Notes: a model not told the origin generated them from the sequence alone. 63,604 bases of DNA, filler included, from Octopus bimaculoides (GCF_001194135.2; 6 parts of 6 records of this genome joined end to end with filler, not necessarily neighbours in it), one strand, 5' to 3'. Positions 51,757 to 63,130 are shown, counted from the whole stretch's first letter. Numbers and translations: made by a program.

Positions 51757-52139
51757 GTGGAGGCGCAATGGCCCAGTGGTTAGGACAGCGGACTTGCGGT
51801 CATAGGATCGCGGTTTCGATTCCCAGACCGGGCGTTGTGAGTGTTTATTGAGCGAAAACACCTAAAGCTCCACGAGGCTCCGGCAGGGGATGGTGGTGAA
51901 CCCTGCTGTACTCTTTCACCACAACTTTCTCTCACTCTTACTTCCTGTTTCTGTTGCGCCTGTAATTCAAAGGGTCAGCCTTGTCACACGCTGTGTCACG
52001 CTCAATATCCCCGGGAACTACGTTAAGGATACACGTGTCTGTGGAGTGCTCAGCCGCTTGCACGTTAATTTCACGAGCAGGCTGTTCCATTGATCGGATC
52101 AAGTGGAACCCTCGACGTCGTAAGCGACGGAGTGCCAAC
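51757..52139 (+). mobile_element. tRNA-derived SINE family C, full length, with a 15-bp TSD
   Basis: tRNA-like head ggaggcgcaatggcccagtggttagg..ggtttcgattccc; AATAAAATGAAGTCC at 51742-51756 and 52140-52154. Confidence 0.93.
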
Positions 52140-52219
52140 AATAAAATGAAGTCCCTTCGCAACCATGAAAAAGAAAATGAAATATTTAAAAAAAATTAAC
52201 AGATAATAAAAATATGATT

Positions 52220-52400
52220 TCAAATTTTGCACAACACCAGTAATTTTGAGGGAAGGAGTAAGTTGATCACATCGACTCCAGTGCTCAACTGGCACTTCTG
52301 TTGTCGACTCCGAAAGAATACGAAGCAAAGTCAACCTCGTTGGAATTTGAACTGAGTACGGAAAGAGGATGAAACACCACCAAACATGAAAACGTAATTC
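52220..52400 (-). mobile_element. tRNA-derived SINE family B, diverged
   Basis: catcgactccagtgctcaactgg..gcaaagtcaacctcgttggaatttgaact. Confidence 0.7.
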
Positions 52401-53063
52401 GCACAGCCAAAAATAATTCATGTACTTGTTAAGAGTCGTTGAGGTCATAGGTAATCTATCTTATTCACAGTATGATTTATTTAGAACTACATTATCCAAA
52501 CGTCTATATTTTTTAACATTTACTGTATAATATGAAGCGGGTTTGGGAGTTTTATTCATGTAGCCCGTGCAACCGCGTAGAAATCCTCTTGAAAGTTTGA
52601 GACTATTGATGTTCTTCAAGTTACTCTTAAAGAATAGATCACTATGCGCGTGAATTTCAAAGTGTTTCTTTATCTCTTTAGTTAAGCTCAAAACCGTTTC
52701 TATAATTGAAGTTTTCTTATTGCTTCCGCCGGTAGACGGGTATGATCCTATGATCAGAGCTATGATCAAAATTGTTAAAGCAATGACCAAACCGTCTGTC
52801 TTATCTTTAAATATAATGCATTTAAATAGTCATGAACAACCTACGGCCCAAGGAATTTTTTTAATGGTAAGACTAATCAAAAATTCGGCTTTCAGCGATT
52901 TACATTTATACGATTAGTAGATGATTATTTTAACATAATACTGCTTCTGTTGCATATAATTTGCTATTTCAAAACTCTGTTTCACCTCTCTGTCTGTCTT
53001 TCTCTCTTTGTACATATACATTATATATATATGGTATATGACACATACAGACACACACACGCG

Positions 53064-53144
<81 letters not shown>

Positions 53145-53361
53145 NNNNNNNNNNNNNNNNNNNNNNNNNNNNNNNNNNNNNNNNNNNNTTAATTAATTAA
53201 NNNNNNNNNNNNNNNNNNNNNNNNNNNNNNNNNNNNNNNNNNNNAGAAAATTAAGGAGTTATCTCCCCTATAATAACAAAGACGAAAGCTAACGAGATCC
53301 TAAAGACCTAATAATAGTTATGTATGTGTTTTTTCGTGTTTTGTTCGAAAGGTAACCACCC

Positions 53362-53427
53362 CTGAAGAAGTGCCAAATGTCTAAATCCAATGGACCAGTC
53401 ACTGGATAAGTTTGGCACAGAAATGTG
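53362..53427 (+). ncRNA. Hammerhead-like motif with an unusually long stem II, degenerate
   Basis: CTGAAGA | A | GTGCCAAA-(33 nt, itself hairpin-prone)-TTTGGCAC | A-GAAAT-GT-G; stem I and the cleavage site are not intact. Confidence 0.4.
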
Positions 53428-53500
53428 GTAAATAAATCGATATATCGAATTTGAAGTCTCTGTCTCTTTTGAATATGAAAATTTAAAAGTTTAAAAACCT

Positions 53501-53551
<51 letters not shown>

Positions 53552-53556
53552 ATGTG

Positions 53557-53591
<35 letters not shown>

Positions 53592-56427
53592 GTGTATATA
53601 TAAATCCTATTTTACTAATTGTAGTAATTATAATTTGTAATTATTAATTGTGTATTAATTAGTACGAAAGTATTTTAGCTTCTTTGATATATATTATATA
53701 TTTTATGTATTCTAGTCTTAATTCTTTAGACTCTAAAATTTCTTAGATTTTAAAATTCCCAGGAAATGTTTATAATACAGTTAATTTTTTTATTATGATT
53801 TAAGCTAAAATACATTTTGATTTTATAAATAAAACTTTTATTCATGTTTAAATAAAACGCCCATTCATGTTTATATATGTCTTTATTCTATTACTTTTCT
53901 TTACGCCATTATTTTCACGCGACTTAATTCTAATGAATGCTAAGTTAATAGTATAACGTTTAAAATTTTAGTTTAAACTAAAACTTCGATAAGATAAGTA
54001 TTGCAGTTATCTTCAGTAATATTTTTAAATGTTTTTCTTTTATTTATTGGTAAAATAAGTATTTTTATATAAATTCATTTGATATTTATTGTTAGTCGGT
54101 ATATATACATTCATTTTATTATTATTATTATTGTATTTTGACCCGAAGATTAGCTATATTTTTGAATAGAATTGATTTTCGATCGGTTTATTTTGAATCG
54201 ATTTGATTTTTATTTTATTTTCTATTTGAAAATGTGGTTGTGAAACGCGTGTAGTCGTTTTATTATTTTAATATTTATGACTTTGTATTTTTATTATAGG
54301 GCTTTTTAGTGTATCTACTTATCAAATCTTTTTATATATGACTGTGGATTTTCATTGATTAATTCAATAATTGTAGTTTTTTATCTCTGAATTATATATC
54401 TATATATTATATATTGTGAAATTTAATTNNNNNNNNNNNNNNNNNNNNNNNNNNNNTGTATGTATGTATGTATGTATGTATGTATGTATGTGTGTGTTAA
54501 CTGGAATAATAAAAAATTATGATGAATATATACTTGTTAAATATTCCCTCCAAACACAGTACTAAATTTCTGGCTTAATCATGGAAATATACGAACTGAA
54601 GTTATATCATCATTCATTAAAATGAAGAAGTAGCAGTTATAAAAGAACTTACAAACAGTGCATTGTAATTGGAAAATGACAGAAAGAGCCAGAATTTGAG
54701 AAGCCCATGATGTTTGTTTTTCTTTTCTTTTTCTTTTTTACATTCTGTAGAGTTGTAATAGTTTAAAATAGCATTGAAAACAATTTTAAATAATATTCTG
54801 AAAATGAGTACTATAACAATGGATACTGATTTATGTACAATGCTTGCAATTCTTAGGGGAAAGAGTTACTCAATACTATCAAATCCATACTTGACTAGTA
54901 CTCTACTATATCAAATTTAAAAGGATGATAGGCAAAGCTGACCTCAGTAGCATTAGAAAATTATTTGACGTAATACCACATAAATATGAAGAAAATACCT
55001 TTCATACAAATTGTTTTTGCAGAGGGCTTGACAAAAAGGAAAAGTGTTTATGTTTAGATCCTTCATACAATGGGATTTATTGAACTAAACGAACGTTGAA
55101 ATACACATGTACATATGTTACATATTTTCTCTGGGCACAGCCGATGTATTTTGTCATTGTCAGTGGAATCAAACACAGGCAGTCTCATAAAAGAATCTGT
55201 TGTTTATGTGAAACCAAAATAGAATAAATGGAAAGTGGCATGTGAAGCCTACTACAGTAATGTTTTCTTGTAAAAGAAACAACTTTACAGAGTACTTCAA
55301 TAAACCAAAATTAAATATTAAAAAATGAGTTACAATAATAATATTACATATACAAAAGAAATCATACGCTTGAGACTGTGTACTCCTGATGAAAACGAAG
55401 ATACAGTTAACAAGGGAAAACAATCCTACCGCTCCACCTATAACCATATTCTTCATTTCTTTCAATAGATCCACTATAAGATACTTTCTACTGTATTTCC
55501 ATTGAAGAGAAGAAACTGAAAGAATCAATGAAGAAGTTAAAATGCCGGAGGCAACCATTTCTAAAGAGTGGTAGAACACATTTACCACCTCCCTAGCAAT
55601 GGCATTTATAGCAACGAAAAGTTACAACTAAAATATAAACTATTCTGAAAGTTTTAAAACGGAAGCAAAAATCAAACACCAGTAAAAATAAACATCGAAC
55701 AAATGTCAAATAGAATTTATGATAGAGTATTGAAGAAACTTCACTGGATAAGGGTATAGAAATTGAAATTAATGGTATCCTTTTGCGGAAATACTTCTTT
55801 ATATATATATATATGGACAAATATCCTCCACATATATATCAGTGTGTATACATATATTTGCGTGCGTATGTATATATGTATGTAAATATATATATNNNNN
55901 NNNNNNNNNNNNNNNNNNNNNNNNNNNNNNNNNNNNNNNNNNNNNNNNNNNNNNNNNNNNNNNNNNNNNNNNNNNNNNNNNNNNNNNNNNNNNNNNNNNN
56001 NNNNNNNNNNNNNNNNNNNNNNNNNNNNNNNNNNNNNNNNNNNNNNNNNNNNNNNNNNNNNNNNNNNNNNNNNNNNNNNNNNNNNNNNNNNNNNNNNNNN
56101 NNNNNNNNNNNNNNNNNNNNNNNNNNNNNNNNNNNNNNNNNNNNNNNNNNNNNNNNNNNNNNNNNNNNNNNNNNNNNNNNNATATATATATATATATATA
56201 TAGATAGATAGATAGATAGATGCAAAATTCTCTCTAAGAGATCAACACAGTAGTTGTACTAACAAGTAACGTTCATAGCCACTTCAACATGACTGTTCTT
56301 TCGAAAGGACTTTGCTGCAGTATTTTAACTCCAAGAGGACATCTCCTCTATCTGGTTAACGATGCATAGCTGCATCCAAGATATTGTGAGCAGAGGAGTG
56401 AAACTCTACCACCTTCTAGTGATGGGA

Positions 56428-56477
56428 CCAACAGACCAGCCTGCTTTCAGGCTACTTTTACTTCACTTCAGTACTGG
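56428..56477 (-). ncRNA. Type I hammerhead motif, copy 1
   Basis: CCAGTA | CTGAAGT | gaagtaaaagtaGCCT | GAAAG-CA-ggc-TG-GTC | TGTTGG. Confidence 0.65.
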
Positions 56478-56813
56478 ACACCTCGTCTGCTAGTGACCGC
56501 AGTAGCTCACTTCTGCTTACAATATATATAATTTCAAGTGACATACAGTCACTGATTTTGCAACAAGCAAAAATGCTAGTTCTAAAATCTCTCTAAGAGT
56601 AGCTGTACTAACATGTAATTTTCATACCCACATCAATATGTCTGTCTATCCGAACGAATTTTACTGTGATATTTTAACTCTAAGAGGACATCTCTAGCTG
56701 GCTAATGATGCTTGTTGCCTGCAACACGCATCATTAGCCAGTGACTATGTTGCTTGAAATTATATATATTGCGAACAGAAGTGATCTGCTGACATCTTTA
56801 GCAGACGAGGTGT

Positions 56814-56863
56814 CCAGTACTGAAGAAAGGCAAAAATAGCCTGAAACCAGGATGATCTGCTGG
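56814..56863 (+). ncRNA. Type I hammerhead motif, copy 2 (best-preserved core)
   Basis: CCAGTA | CTGAAGA | A | AGGC-aaaaata-GCCT | GAAAC-CA-gga-TG-ATC | TGCTGG; predicted cleavage after C56857. Confidence 0.78.
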
Positions 56864-57116
56864 TTCCTTTGCTAGAAGGTAGTAGGGGTTCATACCCATG
56901 CTAGCAATATCTCTTGGTGTTAAAAAATCGCAGTAAAGTCTATTCAAAAGGAACAGTCATGTTGAAGTGGTTATGAACATTATAGCTACTGTGTTGATCT
57001 CCTAGAGAGATTTTAGAACTAGCACTTTTGCTTGTTGCAAAATCAGCGACTGTATGTTGCTTGAAATTATATAGTGAGTAGAAGCAAGCTACTACCATCA
57101 CTAGCAGACGAGGTAT

Positions 57117-57165
57117 CCAGTACTGAAGAAAACAGAAGTAGCCTGAAAATAGGCTGGTCTGCTGG
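57117..57165 (+). ncRNA. Type I hammerhead motif, copy 3 (best-preserved extended stem I)
   Basis: CCAGTA | CTGAAGA | A | aacagaagtaGCCT | GAAAATA-ggc-TG-GTC | TGCTGG; predicted cleavage after C57159. Confidence 0.7.
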
Positions 57166-57379
57166 TCCCGTCGCTAGAAGGTGGTAAATGTTCACTCCCC
57201 TGCTCGTAATATCTCGGCTGCAGCTGTGCCTCATTAACCAGCTAGAGGTGATGTCCCTCTTGGGGTTTTAAAAATATCACAGTAAAGTCCGTTCAAATGG
57301 CTACAAACATCATTTATATATCTGATATATTATAAAATTTACTCTGTGTGTGTGAGAATGCCTTTCCTCAATGCATGGC

Positions 57380-58250
57380 CAACCTGTTTGTGTGTGTGTG
57401 TGGATCAATCTGTACCAAATTTTGCTGTCTGGAAATTCGCTTTAAAGATAAACGATTCTGAAATGCTTTTTAATTGTGACAATGAAACAAGAAGTTTAAA
57501 GTAAAAGAAACAGTAAGGTTTCTAAATAACGAAAGGTCTTCATATGGACACATGCTTATACACTGTAGGATATCTTTCAATTTATATGATAAACTTTATA
57601 AATTTTAAAGTTCAATATTTCCGTGACATAAGTTAGAGATATCGACATAGTTATTCAAATAATTGTTCATGGAATCTACCTAATAAAATTAGCTAGAGTA
57701 CACTTGATATTTCATATTTAAATCTGCTTGGATATTGGTCCTGCCTCAGATTCGAAATCGAATCTACAATTTTCCCCTAGCCATGCAACTTATTGCTCTG
57801 TCAAGGAGTAACGAAGATTTATATGTTCCCCACTTCACTCTTAATCTTTTCTATGCCATGAAAAGTTGAAATAGATAATGAGTGACCTGCATTAATTCAT
57901 CCATTGTTAGAGTGGTATATCTCTTTTTCTACCTGCTCTGCATAAGCACGGTATCTATAAAATTCACTGTCTATGTGTGTGTATTTTCTCTTTGCACGGA
58001 CAAATCGCCGGATCAATCTGTACCAAATTTGGCATGAAGGTTTTTCATTACTCGGAGGAGATACTTAACTTTTTTCAAAAACAGAAATATGTTCTACATG
58101 TTTGTTGTATACGTCGGTTTTATTTTTCTCTTTAAAGGCAAACGATTCTGATTGAAGCAAACACAATATTGAATAATTCTCAGTCATACGTTTACAATAC
58201 CAACTCTTTTTCTTAAAGTAAAGATAAACGCTTTTTAATTGTGATAATTT
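57380..58250 (+). repeat. Two related segments (about 57380-57490 and 57960-58250), possibly Helitron-like non-autonomous elements
   Basis: ggatcaatctgtaccaaattt, tttaaag..aaacgattctga and gctttttaattgtga.aat recur. The accaaatttggcatg motif is reminiscent of invertebrate Helitron-like repeats. Confidence 0.4.
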
Positions 58251-58796
58251 AGGTTTAGTACTTACCACCAAAATATATTTCTCTTGGGAAATATAAGGGT
58301 AATGAGGCCTTCAATCTATGGATCCCATTAATCCCATCTGACCATCTCTATGAAGTTAAGCGGCTCCCGTTCCCAGTGAAACTAAGTTTTGTTTTGTCCA
58401 TAAACAAATCTCAAGTACAATGTCTCAAAGTTGTTGGACTTAACTTTGCTTCTCTCATGGGCAATTATATATAGGATGTTCGCGAGCTGGAAGTCCTGAA
58501 ACACTTTTCTTTTTTTGTACACCAATTAAAGGACACACTGAAAACACTGTATATTTAGAAGTTCTACAAAATTAAGCTGTGATTGATTCCAGGATTTGTT
58601 TTGAAAATTTTCTTTATACTCATGACATCTGATAGACTCTTTCTGAAAATATATGTTTTATCAGAATAAATATATTTACTTTACCATTCTTACATTNNNN
58701 NNNNNNNNNNNNNNNNNNNNNNNNNNNNNNNNNNNNNNNNTTAATTAATTAANNNNNNNNNNNNNNNNNNNNNNNNNNNNNNNNNNNNNNNNNNNN

Positions 58797-59140
58797 ACAG
58801 CTGGATGCCTTTCCTAACGCCAACCACTCAGAGTGTAGTGGGTGCTTTTACGTGCCACCCGCACGAAAACGGCCACGCTCGAAATGGTGTCTTTTATGTG
58901 CCACCCACACAAGCCAGTCCAGGGGCACTGGCAACGATCTCGCTCGAAAATCCTATGTGAGCCAGTCAAGCGGAACTGGCAACGGCCACGCTCAAAATAG
59001 TGCATCTCATGTGCCACCCGCACAAGAGCCAGTCCAGGGGCACTGGCAACGATCTTACTTGGCTTGCCGGGTCTTCTCACGCACAGCACATTTCCAAAGG
59101 TCTCGGTCAGTAGTCATCGCCTCGGTGAGGCCCAATGTCA
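58797..59140 (-). mobile_element. RTE-type LINE 3' region
   Basis: Reverse complement of 13086-13520, with internal gccagtccaggggcactggcaacg repeats. Confidence 0.85.
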
Positions 59141-59298
59141 TACCGTTTGAAATTGGTACAACTGGAAACGGTACACGACCATCTTGAGGGAGTATTTATT
59201 TCCACATAACTGAGGACGTTCTGTTAGAACAAACCGATGGCAACTCCGGTATTTGGGATGTTCGGGCTTAGCCTGAGTGTAAATTTAGTAAAGAGAAC

Positions 59299-59703
59299 GC
59301 AGGAGTGGCTGTGTGGTAAGTAGCTTGCTTACAAACCACATGGTTCCAGGTTCAGTCCCACTGCGTGGCACCTTGGGCAAGTGTCTTCTACTATAGCCTC
59401 GGGCCGACCAAAGCCTTGTGAGTGGATTTGGTAGACGGAAACTGAAAGAAGACTGTCGTATATATGTATATATATATACATATGTATGCGTGTATATGTT
59501 TGTGTGTCTGTGTTTGTCCCCCCCAACTTCGCTTGACAACCGATGCTGGTGTGTTTACGTCCCCGTAACTTAGCGGTTCGGCAAAAAGAGACTGATACAG
59601 TAAGTACTAGGCTTACAAAGAATAAGTCCTGGGGTCGATTTTCTCCACCAAAGGCGATGCTCCAGCATGGCCGCAGTCAAAAGACTGAAACGAGTAAAAG
59701 AGT
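59299..59703 (+). mobile_element. tRNA-derived SINE family A, full length, little diverged
   Basis: gcaggagtggctgtgtggtaagtagc..gttcagtcccactgcgtggcaccttgggcaagtgtc..gaaacgagtaaaagag. Confidence 0.93.
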
Positions 59704-59942
59704 AGAACGTGTATTTGCAAGCAGATTTAATTTCTGCCAACACTGGACTTCAAGTATGTAATTACAGCCAATAACTTGGGCTCCTTTTATTGAGCCTGGT
59801 TGTAGTTCATTCAGCGTCTGGCAATCGTCTTAGAGATGACCTGTGTCGTAAAATATCATTCATAGCAGACGTCCTCTCAACATCGTCCACATGCGCTTAA
59901 CTCGGGCTCAGAAGTTACAGCCTGAGTTGTTACCTATAATCG

Positions 59943-60103
59943 TACACTCTCGGAATGGTTGGCGTCAGGAAGGGCATCCAGCTGTAGAAACTCTGCCAGA
60001 TCAGATTGGAGCCTGGTGTTGCCATCTGGTTTCACCAGTCCTCAGTCAAATCGTCCAACCCATGCTAGCATGGAAAGTGGACGTTAAACGACGATGATGA
60101 TGA
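59943..60103 (+). mobile_element. RTE-type LINE extreme 3' end with (GAT)n tail
   Basis: Matches 13480-13638; a further partial copy lies at 60263-60350. Confidence 0.88.
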
Positions 60104-60107
60104 CATT

Positions 60108-60145
<38 letters not shown>

Positions 60146-60470
60146 ATTTCTAAATCTCTCAGAGAGATTTAAGCAGTAGTGATGCGATAAAGTTGTTGTA
60201 TATTGTCAACTTAATGTGACAATCCCAATAAGGGAATACATATATATATATATCACATAAAATCACCCACTACACTCTTGGAGTGGTTGGCGTTAGGAAG
60301 GGCACCCAGCTGTAGAAACTCTGCCAAATCAGATTGGAGCCTGGTGTTGCTCTCCGCTCTCGTAATTTGATTGCTGTTATTCTGTGCATCTGCGCGCAAA
60401 GATCAGTTGTGTTTTGCAGGGTTGCTCTATTTTAATCCTTAACTTAGAAATGGAGAAAGACATAGTACTC

Positions 60471-60790
60471 ATCATCATCATTGTTTAACGTCTGCTTTCC
60501 ATGCTAGCATGGGTTGGACGATTTGACTGAGGACTGGTGGACCAGATGGCTACACCAGGCTCCAATCTGATTTGGCAGAGTTTCTACAGCTGGATGCCCT
60601 TCCTAACGCCAACCACTCCGAGACTGTTGTGGGTGCTTTTACGTGCCACTGGCACAAAGGCCAGTCGGGCAATACTGGCAACGGCCACACTCAAAATGGT
60701 GTATTTTACGTTACGTGCCACCTGCACAGGATCCAGTCCAGGGGCACTGGCAACGATCTCGCTCGAAAGTCCTTACACATGCCACGAGCA
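60471..60790 (-). mobile_element. RTE-type LINE 3' UTR
   Basis: Begins (ATC)n-gtttaacg and is the reverse complement of the 13.3-13.6 kb UTR. Confidence 0.88.
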
Positions 60791-60802
60791 TTTACTCTAT
60801 TG

Positions 60803-61089
60803 CAGGGGTTTTCAAACTTTTTGACTTGCGGACCCCTTTATATTTCAGGCTTTACCTTAATAAATGCTTATGCAATTTATACATAAATATTTGCTTAAAA
60901 TAGCATATATTTTTACATTTATTTATTTAACAGTATTTAACAAAATAGGTTTATTGTCAATTAAAAGATTTCGATTAAAAAACATATATAAAATCAAATT
61001 GCCCATAAAAAGTATTTGCTGTCCATGGACTTCCTGTCTTGTCCTTGCGGACCCCCTGTGGTCCGCGGACCACAGTCTGAAAACCCCTG
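60803..61089. mobile_element. hAT MITE
   Basis: Perfect 12-bp TIRs CAGGGGTTTTCA / TGAAAACCCCTG and a perfect 8-bp TSD CTCTATTG (60795-60802, 61090-61097). Confidence 0.95.
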
Positions 61090-61797
61090 CTCTATTGTGT
61101 TTCTTCTTTTGTTTTTTTTTTTGCATCTGTTATTTAATTTTTGATCCTCTATATAAAGGCCCATTGTTTTGCTGCTTTTCTGTACATGAAATGAAAAGAT
61201 ACATTGCGGAACTGTTATTTTAATGAGTTACGTCTATTTATAACCCAAGGAGACACATCTGCACCGCCAGATGGTCCTGAACCAGTTTTTAAGTATCCCA
61301 CCCATGAGAGATCGATGCTAGGTGTGTTGAAACAACTGTAGTGATTAATAAAAATCCTCATATCTTCCATCTTTCATTTATCATACATCAGGGACGTTCC
61401 CCCTGGGTAGGCAAGGTAGGCAGTGCCTATCCTGAATAAAATAGATTGATAGCAACATTTTCCTTGTATGGCAAAATATGCCCCTAATTCAATAAGATTA
61501 TGAAGGTTACTCTGATTACGATGCATAAAATGCCAAATACTTTATTTCTTTCTGGATTAGGTAGGCATAATTCACCCCTGCCTTTCAATCTCAGTATCAA
61601 AATTACGCATAGAACTGTTGTAGTACATGTGCTGCGTACATTCCTACAACAATGTTTTCTTTACGTATTATAAAGGCAGAAGTAAATCTACCTTCAACTC
61701 AGTCGCACGGCTGCTTCGCTTGTATTTGTGTGTTTTACGCTACATAAACGTCACCAACTGCCTACCCTGAGTAATTACTCATGGCACATGCCTGATA

Positions 61798-61828
<31 letters not shown>

Positions 61829-61829
61829 G

Positions 61830-61863
<34 letters not shown>

Positions 61864-61864
61864 C

Positions 61865-62030
61865 ACAGTTGAAATTTAGAGAAAACAAAAGACGAAGACA
61901 AGTGTAGGAACAACAGGCGGGTGTATTAGTTTAACATTCAGGAAGAATGGAATAAGTTTTTTTATATATTTTGAGCCTACATTCTTTGGCAGAAAGGACT
62001 GTGAAGGGGAAAAAATGGAGAGGGGAAAAA
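61865..62030 (-). mobile_element. Decayed copy of the 18058/34780 PLE-type terminal repeat
   Basis: Minus strand cctttctgccaaagaatgtaggctcaaaa..gttaaactaatacac..gtcttcgtcttttg. Confidence 0.7.
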
Positions 62031-62172
62031 ATGGAGAGGGGGAAAATGTGTAAGGATTAAGAGTCCAACATGNNNNNNNNNNNNNNNNNNNNNNNNNNNN
62101 NNNNNNNNNNNNNNNNTTAATTAATTAANNNNNNNNNNNNNNNNNNNNNNNNNNNNNNNNNNNNNNNNNNNN

Positions 62173-62210
<38 letters not shown>

Positions 62211-62239
62211 TAAGTAAATGGAGTTAAATGCAGGTGTTA

Positions 62240-63020
62240 TTCAAATTCTTTTCCATCCGACATATGTTTCAAAGACAAAATTGGTGTAATTCTGAACTGT
62301 TCCACATTTTTTTTCCAAAGGATCCCCTTGTAAACACGTTTATTGAGCGTTCGTACCGATGTAATCATTGGCAGAATCACACCTTTAGCTCATATAGGTG
62401 ATTTCTGCCAATTTATGCAGTTTGAGCATTTAGTTCATCTCTCACTCTACTTCCAATAGAGATATCTATTTCCAAGCCTTTCAACATTTATTTAACTCAC
62501 ATATTACTCTATATTTCTCATTTATTAGTTCTCTCCTTATTGATTTCTTTACCCCTTCTCTCCATATGCGCTATCTTTGACGTCATATATACAAACGTTT
62601 TTTTTTTAAATACTCAATAGCATCCTGTTCATCATTTACGCAGTCATCACATTTGTTAAAATGTCTTATTGTTGAGTTTAATTCTCTTTCTTTCCCTGAT
62701 GAGAAGATTACATTATTTTACACCATTTATTCCTTGCTTGGCAGTCTGCCATTTGCAAGAAAGCTCTGGAAGAGAATCTGGTGGGGTTTTGCCAGGGCAT
62801 GCTTACACGATTTGAAGAGGGTTGCTGGGAAACCATCAGGACCAGCAGTCGAGATTGTGTCCACTTCATTTATAGCTAGTAGTACATCTTCTTTGCTAAT
62901 GTCGATGTATTCCATCGTAACTGCCTTGCTGGTTATAGGGGAGGTGGCAAACAAGACCACTGGTTCATTCACTTGTCTGTGTTCCAACAGGGTGTTGAAG
63001 ACACTTTTGAACTGGTCATT
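62240..63020 (-). mobile_element. LINE (CR1/L2/Jockey-group) pre-RT relic
   Basis: IDISKEDVLLAINEV..STAGPDGFPATLFKSCKHALAKP..ILFQSFL..G.LP. Confidence 0.75.
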
Positions 63021-63130
63021 CAGTACTTCACTGATATATTTATATATTTATAGATATATATATTTATAAATATATATTTATAGATATATATATTTATAAA
63101 TATATATATTTATAAATATGTAAATATATA

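Larger units (their letters stand above)
56224..57303. repeat. Tandem plus inverted array of a ~360-nt hammerhead-containing unit (retrozyme-like)
   Basis: Forward unit 56224-56583 (period 359 nt from ctctaagag at 56240 and 56599), partial forward unit to 56711, fold-back hairpin 56698-56741, then two reverse units (about 56742-57045 and 57046-57303). Confidence 0.9.

Noticed and set aside
51757-51830. tRNA-like heads of the SINEs as tRNA genes
   Set aside because: No complete cloverleaf; each continues into a SINE body, here with a target-site duplication.
61389-61794. Possible hAT-like MITE (CAGGGACGTTCC...GGCACATGCCTG)
   Set aside because: TIRs are poorly matched and no target-site duplication is present; left uncalled.
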